Origin: Thermodesulfobacteriota bacterium
Lineage (GTDB): Bacteria; Desulfobacterota_D; UBA1144; Nemesobacterales; JAJCZQ01
Direction: 5' to 3'
Assembly (NCBI GenBank): GCA_965215275.1
Contig: OZ244044.1
Span: 1,888,001-1,952,000, forward strand
Length of the DNA stretch: 64,000 bases
The position numbers and the translations under genes were made by a program. Under the pieces are notes generated by a model that worked only from the letters and a program-made list of their open reading frames with translations, did not search any database and had not been told where the DNA came from. Positions 1 to 10,521 of the stretch are shown here, one piece after another; the first letter of the stretch is position 1; each line of letters starts with the position of its first letter.

Positions 1-79
1 TAAGGGTAAGCCAATAAATAAGGGGTATTTAGTAAGGTTTAACCTATTTTTAGACAGGTTAATAAATTACTGGATACGC

Positions 80-1015
80 ATGAAGGGTGACAAATATTTG
101 ATATATATCATGGGACAAAACAATTATAGTTCAAGAAACCTGTCTGTATCCAAGTTCACCGTAGTAATTACCTCTTACAATAAAGGGAAATGGCTGAAGC
201 AGGCAATTAACTCAGTTCTTAGCCAAACGTTGCAGGATGTGCAACTTATAGTAGTTGATGATTGTTCAGACGACCCTGAAACAATTAAGGTTCTGAACCA
301 GATTTCAAAGGATGTTCATGTAATAAGACTGGATAAGAACAGAGGAGTTTCAGCAGCTCGTAATGAAGGAATAAGGAATGCAGATTCTGAATATATATGT
401 TGTCTTGACGGGGATGATTATTTGGAACCGACCTATTTAGAGAAAGCAAGGAACGTGTTTGAAAACTATAAAGATGTTGGAATAGTGGCTTCTTCAATGA
501 AAAGGTTTGGAGATGTTACCTCAATGTGGAAAATACAAGAAGATGAGACAAGTTTATTTAGAATGTTATGTAGTAATTGTATACCTTCAGCGTCTTGCTT
601 CAGACGAGAGGTATCCGTTAAAGTGGGGATGTATGATGAAGGATTGAAGAGCCATGAAGATTGGGAGCACTGGATAAATATAGTTAAAGATGGATGGAAG
701 GTAAAAGTAATACCTGAATATTTAATTAACTATAGAATATATAAAGGTTCAAAGTATGTTAATAACGCCAATAAGGCAAATGTTTATTATTCCTACATCA
801 TAAATAAGCACAGAAAGTTATATGAAAAACATTGGGTTGAGGTCTTGTCCATAAAGCATCTGCAAACTAGTGATAGGCTAGTAGAAAATAACAGATTACG
901 AAGTTTCCTGTTATTACGGATTATGTTTTGGATATGGTTTAATGTACTCAAGAGATTTCTCCCTGAAGGTCTGCAGAAGTTAATATACAAATTATTGATG
1001 ATAATTGCTCTATAA
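80..1015 (+). CDS. Glycosyltransferase family 2 (single GT-A domain), paralog 1
   Basis: FTVVITSYN...VVDDCS...GVSAARNEG...CLDGDD and HEDWEHW motifs; C-terminal amphipathic helix; true start may be ATG at 110. Confidence 0.9.
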   Translation: MKGDKYLIYIMGQNNYSSRNLSVSKFTVVITSYNKGKWLKQAINSVLSQTLQDVQLIVVDDCSDDPETIKVLNQISKDVHVIRLDKNRGVSAARNEGIRNADSEYICCLDGDDYLEPTYLEKARNVFENYKDVGIVASSMKRFGDVTSMWKIQEDETSLFRMLCSNCIPSASCFRREVSVKVGMYDEGLKSHEDWEHWINIVKDGWKVKVIPEYLINYRIYKGSKYVNNANKANVYYSYIINKHRKLYEKHWVEVLSIKHLQTSDRLVENNRLRSFLLLRIMFWIWFNVLKRFLPEGLQKLIYKLLMIIAL

Positions 1016-1429
1016 AGGAATCCAGTGCCTGGATTAAGATTAGTCAGCTAAAGACGGGAACGACGCTTCCTATTTTATACATGTCCACGGGACGGAAAAA
1101 ACGCTGACCTCTACCGTTGTAATCAAACTGTTTCATAAGTTTATTGGTCGTGACGATTTGTTTATTAGATTTAACAAAGATAAAAAACTATGCAATCATC
1201 CGTAACAATAACAGTTTTAAGATACATAATAGTGATTTTATCAAGGAAGAAAAAACAGTTATTGCCTTTATTTTCTTTATAACTAAGATAGCTGAGAAGG
1301 ATAACAAAATCAGTACCATTATTATAATTTAGACGATTCTGTGTCAAGTTTTGATCAAACATTTTTACCAAGGTCATACCTCTTATAAGAGTGATTTGAA
1401 ATTCTTTCAGAATTGGAGGAATAGAACCT

Positions 1430-2719
1430 ATGAAGATTATATATACAAAATTAAAATCCTTTCCATATATCATTATACTGTTGGTTCTGGAGCTGAGCGT
1501 TGCGGCTGCTGATACCTCTACATATCATGTTACCATCCCGGCTGATAGTGGTACTGGTTCGCTACGAGATGCGCTGTCTAAAAAAGGAGTGATTAGAATA
1601 GTCCTCCTGCCCGAAGTCCGCACTATCAAGATTAAAAAACCTCTTATCTACGATGGTAAAATGCCACTGATTATCGTTGGTTCCGGTCAGACCATTAGTG
1701 GAGAAGGACTCGGGATGAACTTGTTAGAGGTTACAAACGGTGCAGACCTTACCATCTCCGACCTCAGTTTTACTGACGACAGAGGTTATTCAGTCAACAG
1801 GCAAGGTGGTGGTAGTGGTATTAAAGTTAAGGTGCCACCGAATCGGACCGGATCTGTTTCCGTAAGTCTCATCCGGGTCAATGTGACCGGTGTAGGTGAC
1901 CACGGCATCCATGTTCTTGATTGTGACCGTACTGATTGTGGGTCTGGTTCCGATGGCGACGGAAAAGGTTCTCGTGCCTCGATCAGTTTAACCTTGGACG
2001 AAGTCTTTATCAGAAATGTAGGCAACGGTCATTTTGATGCCGATGGTATTCGGGTGGACGAACGAGGTGAAGGTAACATAATATTCAATGCTACTAGTTC
2101 CAGTTTCATTGGCGTTGGCGCCGATGGTATTAAACTGGATGAGGGTGGAAGCGGCAGCGTGAAAATCACTGCAGATAACTTGGTGATGCGTGATAACGGT
2201 AGTTACTGTTCTCCCATTAAGCCTGCAAGACCACCCTATGCGGATGACAGATGCGTTGACAATACTGGAAGACGACCGGTGCTGGATCTGGATGACGGCT
2301 TTGACATTGATGAGGCAGGACCCGGTTCCATAACTGGTAGGATTTCCGACAGTAAGTTGCTCTTGAACTTTGATGAAGGTCTGGATTTTGACGAAGAAGA
2401 TGCCGGAGACGTCGATATCGGACTAATTAACGTCTATGCCTCCCAGAACAAAGATGAAGGCGTGAATATTTCCGAAGAGGATGAGGGTGATATTAAAGTC
2501 AAGTTGCGGGCAGTTCAATCAGTTCGTAATTTTGACGATGGCATACAGATAAAAGAGGAGGATGGTGGCAACCTTGGAGTTATTTTCAATGGTGTTATTA
2601 CCCGGAGCAACAGAAAGTTTGGTGCCAACGTCAAGCAAAGAGGCCCCGGTCGTGGTTACATTGTCGTCAAGCACTCTCAGATAGACAAACTTTACACCAA
2701 AGGCGTTAAGGCTAAATAG
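1430..2719 (+). CDS. Secreted right-handed beta-helix-like repeat protein, acidic
   Basis: Signal-like N-terminus, DSGTGSLRDAL cap, repeated DGIxxDExGxG motifs; visibly more GC-rich than flanks. Confidence 0.6.
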   Translation: MKIIYTKLKSFPYIIILLVLELSVAAADTSTYHVTIPADSGTGSLRDALSKKGVIRIVLLPEVRTIKIKKPLIYDGKMPLIIVGSGQTISGEGLGMNLLEVTNGADLTISDLSFTDDRGYSVNRQGGGSGIKVKVPPNRTGSVSVSLIRVNVTGVGDHGIHVLDCDRTDCGSGSDGDGKGSRASISLTLDEVFIRNVGNGHFDADGIRVDERGEGNIIFNATSSSFIGVGADGIKLDEGGSGSVKITADNLVMRDNGSYCSPIKPARPPYADDRCVDNTGRRPVLDLDDGFDIDEAGPGSITGRISDSKLLLNFDEGLDFDEEDAGDVDIGLINVYASQNKDEGVNISEEDEGDIKVKLRAVQSVRNFDDGIQIKEEDGGNLGVIFNGVITRSNRKFGANVKQRGPGRGYIVVKHSQIDKLYTKGVKAK

Positions 2720-2772
2720 CACATAAACCGTTGCGTGATTATCAGATGTAATTGTGTATAATTCCCTGTGTT

Positions 2773-4056
2773 ATGCAAGTGGTAAAAGTTACGAAAAGCA
2801 ATTTACGCAGGATTACAGACAGTATAGAAGAAGGATATCTGCAGTTTAACTCTAAACAGGATAATACAACTGAAAAGATCATCAAGGACGTTTTAAGGAA
2901 CGGAGATGATGCTCTTTTTAAATACACGAGAAAATTTGATGGATTTGAAGCTAATAAGAAGAACATCGTTGTCACAGATAAAGAAATAAAAGATGCTCTG
3001 GACTGTATTCCCAAAGAGATCACAGAAAGTCTGAAAATCGCTGCGGAACGGATAGAAAAATACCAAAACAGATTGCTGCCAAAACCCGGTTCCTTTAAAG
3101 ATGAGTTCGGAAATGAGCTTGGTTGGGAGATCAGAACGGTCGATAAGGTTGGTATATATGTTCCTGGTGGCAAAGCCTCTTATCCTTCCACTGTGCTTAT
3201 GGCTGCAATTCCCGCAAAGGTTGCAGGGGTAAATGATATTTCTATTGCCACTCCGTCTCATAATGGGATAATAAATCCTGCAGTTTTGGCAGCTGCTTCG
3301 ATCTGTGGAGTAAATAGAATATACAAGATGGGGGGAGCACAGGCGATCGCATCCCTTGCCTATGGGACTGGATCGGTCAGTAAGGTTGATAAGATAGTTG
3401 GACCCGGAAATGTATATGTAACAATTGCCAAGAAGGACGTTTATGGCACCGTGGGCATTGATACACTTGCTGGACCAAGTGAAGTGTTGATAATTGCCGA
3501 TGGTTCATGTCCGGCATCTTGGGTTGCAGCTGACCTGCTCGCTCAGGCTGAACACGATGAAATGGCAAATCCTACCCTAATAACAACCTCAAGCAGGTAC
3601 GCGGATGAGGTCAAAAAAGAACTATGTGAACAGCTAAGCAAGCTCCAGAGAATAAAGATCGCACAAAAGTCGATTAAGAATAACGGCAGGATATATGTTG
3701 TTAACGGCCTTGATCGTGCAGCGGATATTTCAAACAAGATAGCACCTGAGCATTTGGAGTTGTGCGTGAAAGCACCAAAGAGACTCCTCAAGAAGATAGT
3801 TCACGCTGGAGCGATATTCATAGGGGCGATGTCAACTGAGTCTTTTGGTGATTATATATCTGGACCAAGTCATGTACTTCCCACTGGAGGTGCCGCCAGA
3901 TTTTCCTCCCCGCTCAGCGTTTATGATTTTATAAAAATGCCCAGCGTGATCTGTATGTCCAGGAAAGGATTTAAGGAATTGTCCAATTCAGTGATAAATT
4001 TAGCTTATTCGGAAGGCCTTGAAGCACATGCGTTTTCGGTAAAAGTAAGGCTTTGA
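2773..4056 (+). CDS. hisD: Histidinol dehydrogenase
   Basis: GIYVPGGKASYPSTVLM, GPGNVYV, AGPSEVL, AQAEHD, APEHLEL, GPSHVLPT motifs. Confidence 0.97.
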   Translation: MQVVKVTKSNLRRITDSIEEGYLQFNSKQDNTTEKIIKDVLRNGDDALFKYTRKFDGFEANKKNIVVTDKEIKDALDCIPKEITESLKIAAERIEKYQNRLLPKPGSFKDEFGNELGWEIRTVDKVGIYVPGGKASYPSTVLMAAIPAKVAGVNDISIATPSHNGIINPAVLAAASICGVNRIYKMGGAQAIASLAYGTGSVSKVDKIVGPGNVYVTIAKKDVYGTVGIDTLAGPSEVLIIADGSCPASWVAADLLAQAEHDEMANPTLITTSSRYADEVKKELCEQLSKLQRIKIAQKSIKNNGRIYVVNGLDRAADISNKIAPEHLELCVKAPKRLLKKIVHAGAIFIGAMSTESFGDYISGPSHVLPTGGAARFSSPLSVYDFIKMPSVICMSRKGFKELSNSVINLAYSEGLEAHAFSVKVRL

Positions 4057-4074
4057 TTTGTTCTATAAGAAAAA

Positions 4075-5151
4075 ATGTCAGACATTAAAGATAATTACAG
4101 GGAAAGGTTGTGCAGAGGTCTGGAGAACATCGAGTCGTATTCAGCACCGGGGGTTATATGTGAGATCAAGCTGGATGGAAATGAAAGTCCTTTTGAGTTA
4201 AATTCGGAGATCAGGGATGAAATACTTGAAAAAATTCCATCTCTTAATTTAAATCGTTATCCGAGTTCCGGTGCTGTGTCCTTGAAAAAAGCGGTAAGCA
4301 GTCGCTATAACGTTCCGGAAGACAATATATTGTTTGGCAACGGTTCTGACGAGTTGATACAGATACTGATAGAGGTATTTACCGGAAAAAGTTCTACTGT
4401 GCTTGCTCCCCAACCTACCTTTTCAATGTACGCACTTTCAAGTTTGGTACTTGGAAAAAAGATAGTTGAAGTTAACCTGGACCATAATTTTGACATAAAC
4501 CTTGATTTTACGCTGAAATGTATAGAGCAGTATGATCCGGATATTACTTTCTTTTCCACTCCAAACAATCCTACGGGCAATTCTTTCTCAAGAGAGAAAA
4601 TACTTACGGTCCTGAACTCTACAAGCGGACTTATACTGGTTGATGAAGCCTATTTTGATTATCATGGAGAAACTTTTCTGCCTCTACTGAGTAAATTTGA
4701 TAATTTAGTTGTTATGAGAACGATGTCGAAAGTGGGTTTTGCATCAATAAGGCTTGGAATGTTATTTGCCAACGCTCATTTAATTCATGAATTGAACAAG
4801 GCAAGGCTTCCTTATAACGTAAATTCAATAACGCAGCTGGTTGCTGAAGTTGTTATCGATAAATATGAACTACTCGAATCCAGTTTCTCCGAGATAAAAA
4901 TAGAGAGGGACCTTCTATATGAAAGTCTGAAAAGGGTTCCCAATATAGAGGTTTTTCCAAGTGATGCCAATTTTTTATTGATTCGGGTTTCTGATGCCGA
5001 CTTGTATTTCAGCAAGTTGTTGGAAAGAGGTATTTTGGTGAGGAACTTCAATGGGACCCCGTGCCTTGATAACTGTATTAGAGTGACGGTTGGTACCTCT
5101 TTGGAGAATGCAAGGTTCCTGGATGCTTTCTCAGCCATATCGTCTTTTTAA
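4075..5151 (+). CDS. hisC: Histidinol-phosphate aminotransferase
   Basis: KLDGNESP, GNGSDELI, PNNPTGN, VDEAY, RTMSK motifs; directly follows hisD. Confidence 0.95.
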   Translation: MSDIKDNYRERLCRGLENIESYSAPGVICEIKLDGNESPFELNSEIRDEILEKIPSLNLNRYPSSGAVSLKKAVSSRYNVPEDNILFGNGSDELIQILIEVFTGKSSTVLAPQPTFSMYALSSLVLGKKIVEVNLDHNFDINLDFTLKCIEQYDPDITFFSTPNNPTGNSFSREKILTVLNSTSGLILVDEAYFDYHGETFLPLLSKFDNLVVMRTMSKVGFASIRLGMLFANAHLIHELNKARLPYNVNSITQLVAEVVIDKYELLESSFSEIKIERDLLYESLKRVPNIEVFPSDANFLLIRVSDADLYFSKLLERGILVRNFNGTPCLDNCIRVTVGTSLENARFLDAFSAISSF

Positions 5152-6702
5152 ATGTTTGTGAAATACAAATAATATGAACAAAGTTAAACATAACCAAGGG
5201 AATATATTGCCTACTTTCATATAAATGGTGTCGCTGTAAAGCAGGGCGACATGGTCTGTAAAAATCTCTTTTTTAAATATCTGTGTTTTATTTCTTACTT
5301 TTCCAACCGGAGTTACGACTGCACTTACACCGGTGTTTGTGGCTCTTACCAAGTAGCGGCGATTTTCCACGGCCCGTGGTATTGCAACGAGAAGATGTTC
5401 ATAAGGAGCGAACGACCTTCCAAACCATGCGTCATTTGTCAGATTAATCAAAATATTTGCTCCCTTTAAAGCGAATTTTCTGCTGAACTCCGGGATCAGG
5501 TCTTCATAACATATCAGAGTACCGATTTTTATACCTTTATCTCTGATACTTAAGACGTTTAGATCTGTACCAGGTGAGAGAAACCCTTCTGAGACAGCAC
5601 TCATGTATTTATTCCAGGGAATAAAATTTTCAAACGGTAGATATTCACCAAAGATAAGAAGTTTGTTCTTATCATATCTGTCAAGGACTTTTCCGTTCCA
5701 GTTGGTGAGGAAAGCACTGTTGTACTGTTCGGTTTCGGGACCGTGGACAATACTGTCTTCGTTGTATGAGACCCCTCCGATCAGAAAGTACGTGCCTTCG
5801 ATTTCTGGGATGATTTTTTCAGATCCGGGAAGTTCCAGATACTCAGAATGACGCGGTATTGGTTGCTGCACCGAAGCTTCTGGCCATATTATCAGATCGA
5901 CGTTACCGATCATCTCCGACATTCTTTTATGCTCTCTTATTATCCATCCCGAGTTATCCAGAATTCTTTCAAAAAAGTCAAAATTAGCTTGTACAACCCC
6001 GACGTTGATCTTTTCTGCTTTGGCAACTTTTGAAGTTATCTGATTTATTCTTACCGACCCATATATGATTAAAAAGGCTATAAGGGCTATTGATAAAGAT
6101 GTTGCAATGATGGGCTTTTTGTTTTCTAGGAAGATAGAACTTATTATCAAAAAAGCTGCAAGATTGACAAACACCATTATAAAACTCAGAAAAGAAACAC
6201 CCAGCAGATCGGATATCTGTATGATCTTTAAGTTGTATGCTTGAGTATTACCTAATCCGTAGGGAAAAAGGGACGGATAGAAATACTCAAGAACTGTCCA
6301 TAGAAAACATATAATTAGCAGATTGATAACTTTGGTATTTTGAATTAGCTTGAGTTTGCTTACAAGGCAGGTGAACAACGCATATTGAACCCCGAGGTAC
6401 AGGCAGTATATAAAGATAAGAACAAAGCTGACCCATATTGAAAATCCCCCGAACCTTGTAAGCGTTCCCACAAGCCAGTAGTGTCCTGCAAAACTGGCGA
6501 TGGTACCAAAAACAATGCCAATGCTGAAAGCTCTGCTGGGTTTTATCCTCAATGAGTAAAACAAGGGAACAAGCGAGACCCAAGCTATTAGTGAAAAATG
6601 TTCTGAGAGAAAGGGAAGAACAAATAAAATTCCGGACAGAACCGATAAAAGGTATTCAAATCTTAATAATTGTTTCATTAAGCATAGACTTCCGAATATC
6701 AA
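5131..6702 (-). CDS. lnt: Apolipoprotein N-acyltransferase
   Basis: Multi-TM N-terminus, IWPEA, YDKNKLLIFGEYLP, ICYED, TNDAWFG, RATNTGVS. Confidence 0.95.
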   Translation of the reverse strand: MIFGSLCLMKQLLRFEYLLSVLSGILFVLPFLSEHFSLIAWVSLVPLFYSLRIKPSRAFSIGIVFGTIASFAGHYWLVGTLTRFGGFSIWVSFVLIFIYCLYLGVQYALFTCLVSKLKLIQNTKVINLLIICFLWTVLEYFYPSLFPYGLGNTQAYNLKIIQISDLLGVSFLSFIMVFVNLAAFLIISSIFLENKKPIIATSLSIALIAFLIIYGSVRINQITSKVAKAEKINVGVVQANFDFFERILDNSGWIIREHKRMSEMIGNVDLIIWPEASVQQPIPRHSEYLELPGSEKIIPEIEGTYFLIGGVSYNEDSIVHGPETEQYNSAFLTNWNGKVLDRYDKNKLLIFGEYLPFENFIPWNKYMSAVSEGFLSPGTDLNVLSIRDKGIKIGTLICYEDLIPEFSRKFALKGANILINLTNDAWFGRSFAPYEHLLVAIPRAVENRRYLVRATNTGVSAVVTPVGKVRNKTQIFKKEIFTDHVALLYSDTIYMKVGNIFPWLCLTLFILFVFHKHLKRRYG

Positions 6703-7445
6703 CGGCGTCTTAGCTGATAGATCTTAATCACTCCTGTAAGTAATATCAAAACAGCTATAATTTGAGCGATAGACAGATTAGGCACGGGGCTCGGCGTGGT
6801 ATTTCGTATAAATTCTATAAAAAATCTCTCACTGCCGGCCAGTATGAGGTATAGTGAAAAAAGATAACCGGTTTTGAAATCCCGCTTTCTTATCTTCCAC
6901 AGATATAGGAATACAAGTCCTATAATTATCATTTCATATACCTGAGTTGGATGGACCGTTTCTATTGTCGGAGGAAGTCCTTGCGGAAATGACATAGCCC
7001 ATGGAAGGTCTGAGGGTATGCCATAGTCGTCTCCGACCAAAAAGCATCCTGTTCTGCCAATGGCATAAGCAATTGCCAAACCAGGGGCAGCTGCATCTCC
7101 CATAGCCCAGAAGTTCACTTTATGTCTTCGTCCAACTATCCACGCGAGAAGAACAGCTAAAAGCAGTCCTCCATAAAATGTCAGACCTCCTCGTGATAGA
7201 AAATGCTTGAACGGGTCGGCAAGGATTTCCTGCATCGGAACGTTTTCAAAGACATACATCATCTTTGCTCCGATGATTCCACCTGCCATCGCCACTAGAA
7301 AAACGTTATTCAGGGCGTCTTCGGACAGTCTTTTTCTTCTGAATTCCTTCAGACACAACATGTATGCTGTTAAAAAACCAGCAGCGACCATTACTCCGAA
7401 GGATGAAATGACAAAACCGTTTATTGTTAAAAGTTCTGGATACAT
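6699..7445 (-). CDS. lgt: Prolipoprotein diacylglyceryl transferase
   Basis: GGLTFYGG, IGRTGCFLVGDDYG, HPTQVYE, RFFIEFIR. Confidence 0.95.
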   Translation of the reverse strand: MYPELLTINGFVISSFGVMVAAGFLTAYMLCLKEFRRKRLSEDALNNVFLVAMAGGIIGAKMMYVFENVPMQEILADPFKHFLSRGGLTFYGGLLLAVLLAWIVGRRHKVNFWAMGDAAAPGLAIAYAIGRTGCFLVGDDYGIPSDLPWAMSFPQGLPPTIETVHPTQVYEMIIIGLVFLYLWKIRKRDFKTGYLFSLYLILAGSERFFIEFIRNTTPSPVPNLSIAQIIAVLILLTGVIKIYQLRRR

Positions 7446-7724
7446 TTTGAGAATTATCCTCCGTTGGTCCTTTGATCCAGTTTGTTTTTCAGTTTGTTAC
7501 TCGAGCGTATGAGTAAAAATATTGATATGAAGGTGACGATACACAGAAAGATTTGAAAGTAGAGATTGGTTATAATGTTCATTAATAGTTTCTTAACGAT
7601 ATTTTAGCTGGAAAAATTAAAATATAACAGTAGAAATAAAATACAACCATGAAAATAAAAACATCCATTTAAATTAGAAGATAATTCTTGCACACTTTTT
7701 TTCAATAGGTAGGCTGGTTTTAAT

Positions 7725-8321
7725 ATGCTTTCAAGTCCGGTGCTTGTGTTAAACAGATTTTTCATGCCTATTTCAGTTACAAGCCTCAAGAGAGCCTTCA
7801 TACTTCTTTATGGCGGTGCTGCAAAGGCCGTGTCAGTGGATTATGAAATATTTGATTTCAATTCATGGTCTGAGGTAGCTGCATCTGCCGAGGATGACTG
7901 TGTCAGGACGGTTTCTCATATTATCAAAGCCCCTAGGGTTATTATACTTATAAGGTATGAAGGAAATCACAGAAAGCAGCCGAAGTTCAACAGGATAAAT
8001 ATATTCAGAAGGGATGGAGGAAATTGTCAGTATTGTGGCAAGTCTTTTCCCAGACAGGATTTGACCCTTGATCATGTTATTCCTAAATCTCAAAATGGAA
8101 GTAGCACTTGGGAGAACATGGTTTGTTGTTGTGCAAAATGTAACAGAAAAAAAGGTGGTAAAACCCCTGCGCAGGCAGGAATGAAACTCCTGAACAAACC
8201 TGTAAAGCCGAGGTGGAACCCTTTTTCAAACGTGTTTGTAAGAGCAGTTCAGTATAAAGAGTGGGAACCTTTTCTGAACTTTGTGGACGTATCTTATTGG
8301 AACGTGGAACTGCAAGATTAG
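7725..8321 (+). CDS. Stand-alone HNH endonuclease (McrA-like)
   Basis: VLVLN N-terminus, RDGGNCQYCG...LTLDHVIPKS...WENMVCCCAKCNRKKG. Confidence 0.88.
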   Translation: MLSSPVLVLNRFFMPISVTSLKRAFILLYGGAAKAVSVDYEIFDFNSWSEVAASAEDDCVRTVSHIIKAPRVIILIRYEGNHRKQPKFNRINIFRRDGGNCQYCGKSFPRQDLTLDHVIPKSQNGSSTWENMVCCCAKCNRKKGGKTPAQAGMKLLNKPVKPRWNPFSNVFVRAVQYKEWEPFLNFVDVSYWNVELQD

Positions 8322-8394
8322 CGGATATAGGTATTTATATCTGTCCGTAGTGTGATTATAATCTAGTTATACTAACTATGTTTTAAATAGATTT

Positions 8395-9681
8395 GTGATG
8401 AAAAAGCTACTGTTAACTTTATTTTTAATGTTGTTCATTTTTATTGGGTACAATTCCTACTCGCAGATACTCCTGCCCGGAGTGTCGTCCCCTACAATTC
8501 AGAAAATATCCGTTGTGATCGCTCCACTTGAGAACCTAGGTATAAAAAGCCCTTACGCGGACAGCTTTGAACAAGTTCTGAAAAACGACCTCGAAAACGC
8601 TGCGTTATTTGACGTCAGGTATGAACCGGTTTCTGACTCAGAAGGAGGAAGTATTGATTTTCAATCTCTTTATGAGAAGGGAATAGATGCCGTCATTGCA
8701 GGCCAATATAAGATAGTTGATAATAAACTGATCTTGTCGCTTAGGGTCTTTGATGTTTGGTGGGAGCGTCCGTTAGATGGAAAGACATATACTGCCAGTC
8801 CTCTAAAGATCAGAGAAGCTGCCCATAGATTTGCAAACGTAGTAATAAAAAGTTTGACGGGAATAGATGGCTTTTTTACCTCCAAGGTGGTTTTTGTTAA
8901 AGGGGATAAGAAGAAAAAAGACCTTTTCATAATGGATTATGATGGATTCAACGTTAAAAAGCTGACTTCCCATCAAGCCAACGTTATGTCACCGGACTGT
9001 TCCCAAGATGGACGCAAACTCATTTTTAATTCAGATAAGGACTGGGACCACGATGTTTATGTCCTGTATCTGCTTCCGAGAAAGTGGGAACAAAAAGAAC
9101 AAAACATTTCCAAGGCTTTTATTCTTGAGCAAAGTGCAGAATGGTCTCCTGACGGTTCACATATTGCCTTTAGCTCCAAAGGAGATATATACGTGTCAGA
9201 TAAAAGGGGCAAAGGTTTAAAAAGGCTGACACGAGGATACAAAATTGACGTTTCACCAACTTGGTCCCCCGATGGAAAATCAATCGCATTTGTGTCAGAC
9301 AGGTCAGGGAGTCCACAGATATATGTTGTTAGTGCTAAAGGAGGCAAATCACGAAAGATTACCTCCTCAGGAAATTATAATACCAGTCCTTCATGGTCAC
9401 CAAATCCGAGAGTGAACAAGATAGCTTACGTTAGTGTAAAAGGCTTACATTCCAATGTATTTACCGTGAATCCCGACGGTAGCGACGTTAAGCAACTTAC
9501 GTTCGGGTCGAAAAAGAACGAAAACCCTTCATGGTCTCCCGACGGATACTTTATTACGTATTCTTCCGATTCAAATGTAAAGGGTAAGGATGGCATTTAT
9601 ATAATGTACTTTACTGGTGAGAATCAGAAAATGCTTACAAAAGATAACGGAAGGCGATTTCCTGTTTGGTGTAAAAGATGA
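8395..9681 (+). CDS. tolB: Tol-Pal beta-propeller protein TolB
   Basis: Signal peptide, TolB N-domain (AHRFAN), PD40 repeats (SPTWSPDG, FVSDRSGSPQIY). Confidence 0.88.
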   Translation: MMKKLLLTLFLMLFIFIGYNSYSQILLPGVSSPTIQKISVVIAPLENLGIKSPYADSFEQVLKNDLENAALFDVRYEPVSDSEGGSIDFQSLYEKGIDAVIAGQYKIVDNKLILSLRVFDVWWERPLDGKTYTASPLKIREAAHRFANVVIKSLTGIDGFFTSKVVFVKGDKKKKDLFIMDYDGFNVKKLTSHQANVMSPDCSQDGRKLIFNSDKDWDHDVYVLYLLPRKWEQKEQNISKAFILEQSAEWSPDGSHIAFSSKGDIYVSDKRGKGLKRLTRGYKIDVSPTWSPDGKSIAFVSDRSGSPQIYVVSAKGGKSRKITSSGNYNTSPSWSPNPRVNKIAYVSVKGLHSNVFTVNPDGSDVKQLTFGSKKNENPSWSPDGYFITYSSDSNVKGKDGIYIMYFTGENQKMLTKDNGRRFPVWCKR

Positions 9682-10057
9682 AACTAACATTTTAAGTAAG
9701 GATTTCATTAGAGTATTTTTGCGGTTTTGCTACAGTAGGCAGCTAAGAAAAAGATTGCGGGATATATTAGATATCTGAAAAAATGGTAGAGAGGGTCAAG
9801 TGGAAAAAAGAGAGAAATATACTTAATACTCAAGTTTATGAGGCTTTTTGAAAGCGATATGATTCCGAACCAAAAAATCTCCTCTTTCTACCTTTTACTA
9901 TCGACCCGTGTTTTTCAAACAAATCAGGAAGTATATTTTTGGGGATTATACGGAAAACTTGACAAGGTAAATAATTGCCTATTTTTAGATTTTGCAATAT
10001 GAAATATAGACTTAAACTTGCTGTCACTTGTATTAAAATTCTTCTTATAAAAATTTA

Positions 10058-10473
10058 GGGAATTATATAGGAAAGTTGACAAAATTCCATAACTCACTTT
10101 AATCATTAACTTCTTTTATAAAAGGATTTACTTTAGAATCTACTACTAATTTAAACCTTTTTTCAGTTCTTCTTTAATTGGTTTTTTAGGTTGTTTATGC
10201 GGGATCGACCCCATTTGTAAGAACATCTATTGCTTGTTGTTTTTCTTTTTTGCTTTTAATTTTTTCATTATAAAACGAATAACTACTATATATAATTAAG
10301 ACTCCTCCATACTATGTTATCACTACTTAATTCTTCAAAGGTAATAGTTTTTCTTACCATACTGTAAAAAGAGCATCCGACCGGTCTTGTGTTTCTGTTT
10401 TAACAATCATCATGAAAACCTATCTATATACTTCTCAAATTGCTATTTTGTCAATTTTCCTATATAGTTCCCC
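10058..10473 (-). mobile_element. IS1595-derived MITE, family A copy 1
   Basis: Imperfect TIRs gggaattatataggaaagttgacaaaat / attttgtcaattttcctatatagttccc; minus strand keeps a transposase-like C-terminus and a decayed small ORF; homologous to 12511-12957. Confidence 0.8.
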
Positions 10474-10491
10474 TTATTGAACGTCTGCAAA

Positions 10492-10521
10492 GATCCAGTT
10501 GAAGTTCTGAGGTATGAATGA
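10492..10521 (+). pseudogene. 3' remnant of a LolC/E permease gene
   Basis: Encodes DPVEVLRYE*, a typical LolC/E C-terminus; stop overlaps the lolD start (ATGA); MITE end lies 19 bp upstream. Confidence 0.65.

Noticed and set aside
17..80. Imperfect hairpin upstream of GT2 paralog 1, partly similar to the reverse of 33713-33740, as an attC site or ncRNA
   Set aside because: Short, AT-rich, at the window edge; no integrase and no convincing attC boxes.
7725..8321. HNH protein as an IscB/Cas9-like or defence effector
   Set aside because: No RuvC motifs, array, ncRNA signal or methylase; common stand-alone type in housekeeping context.
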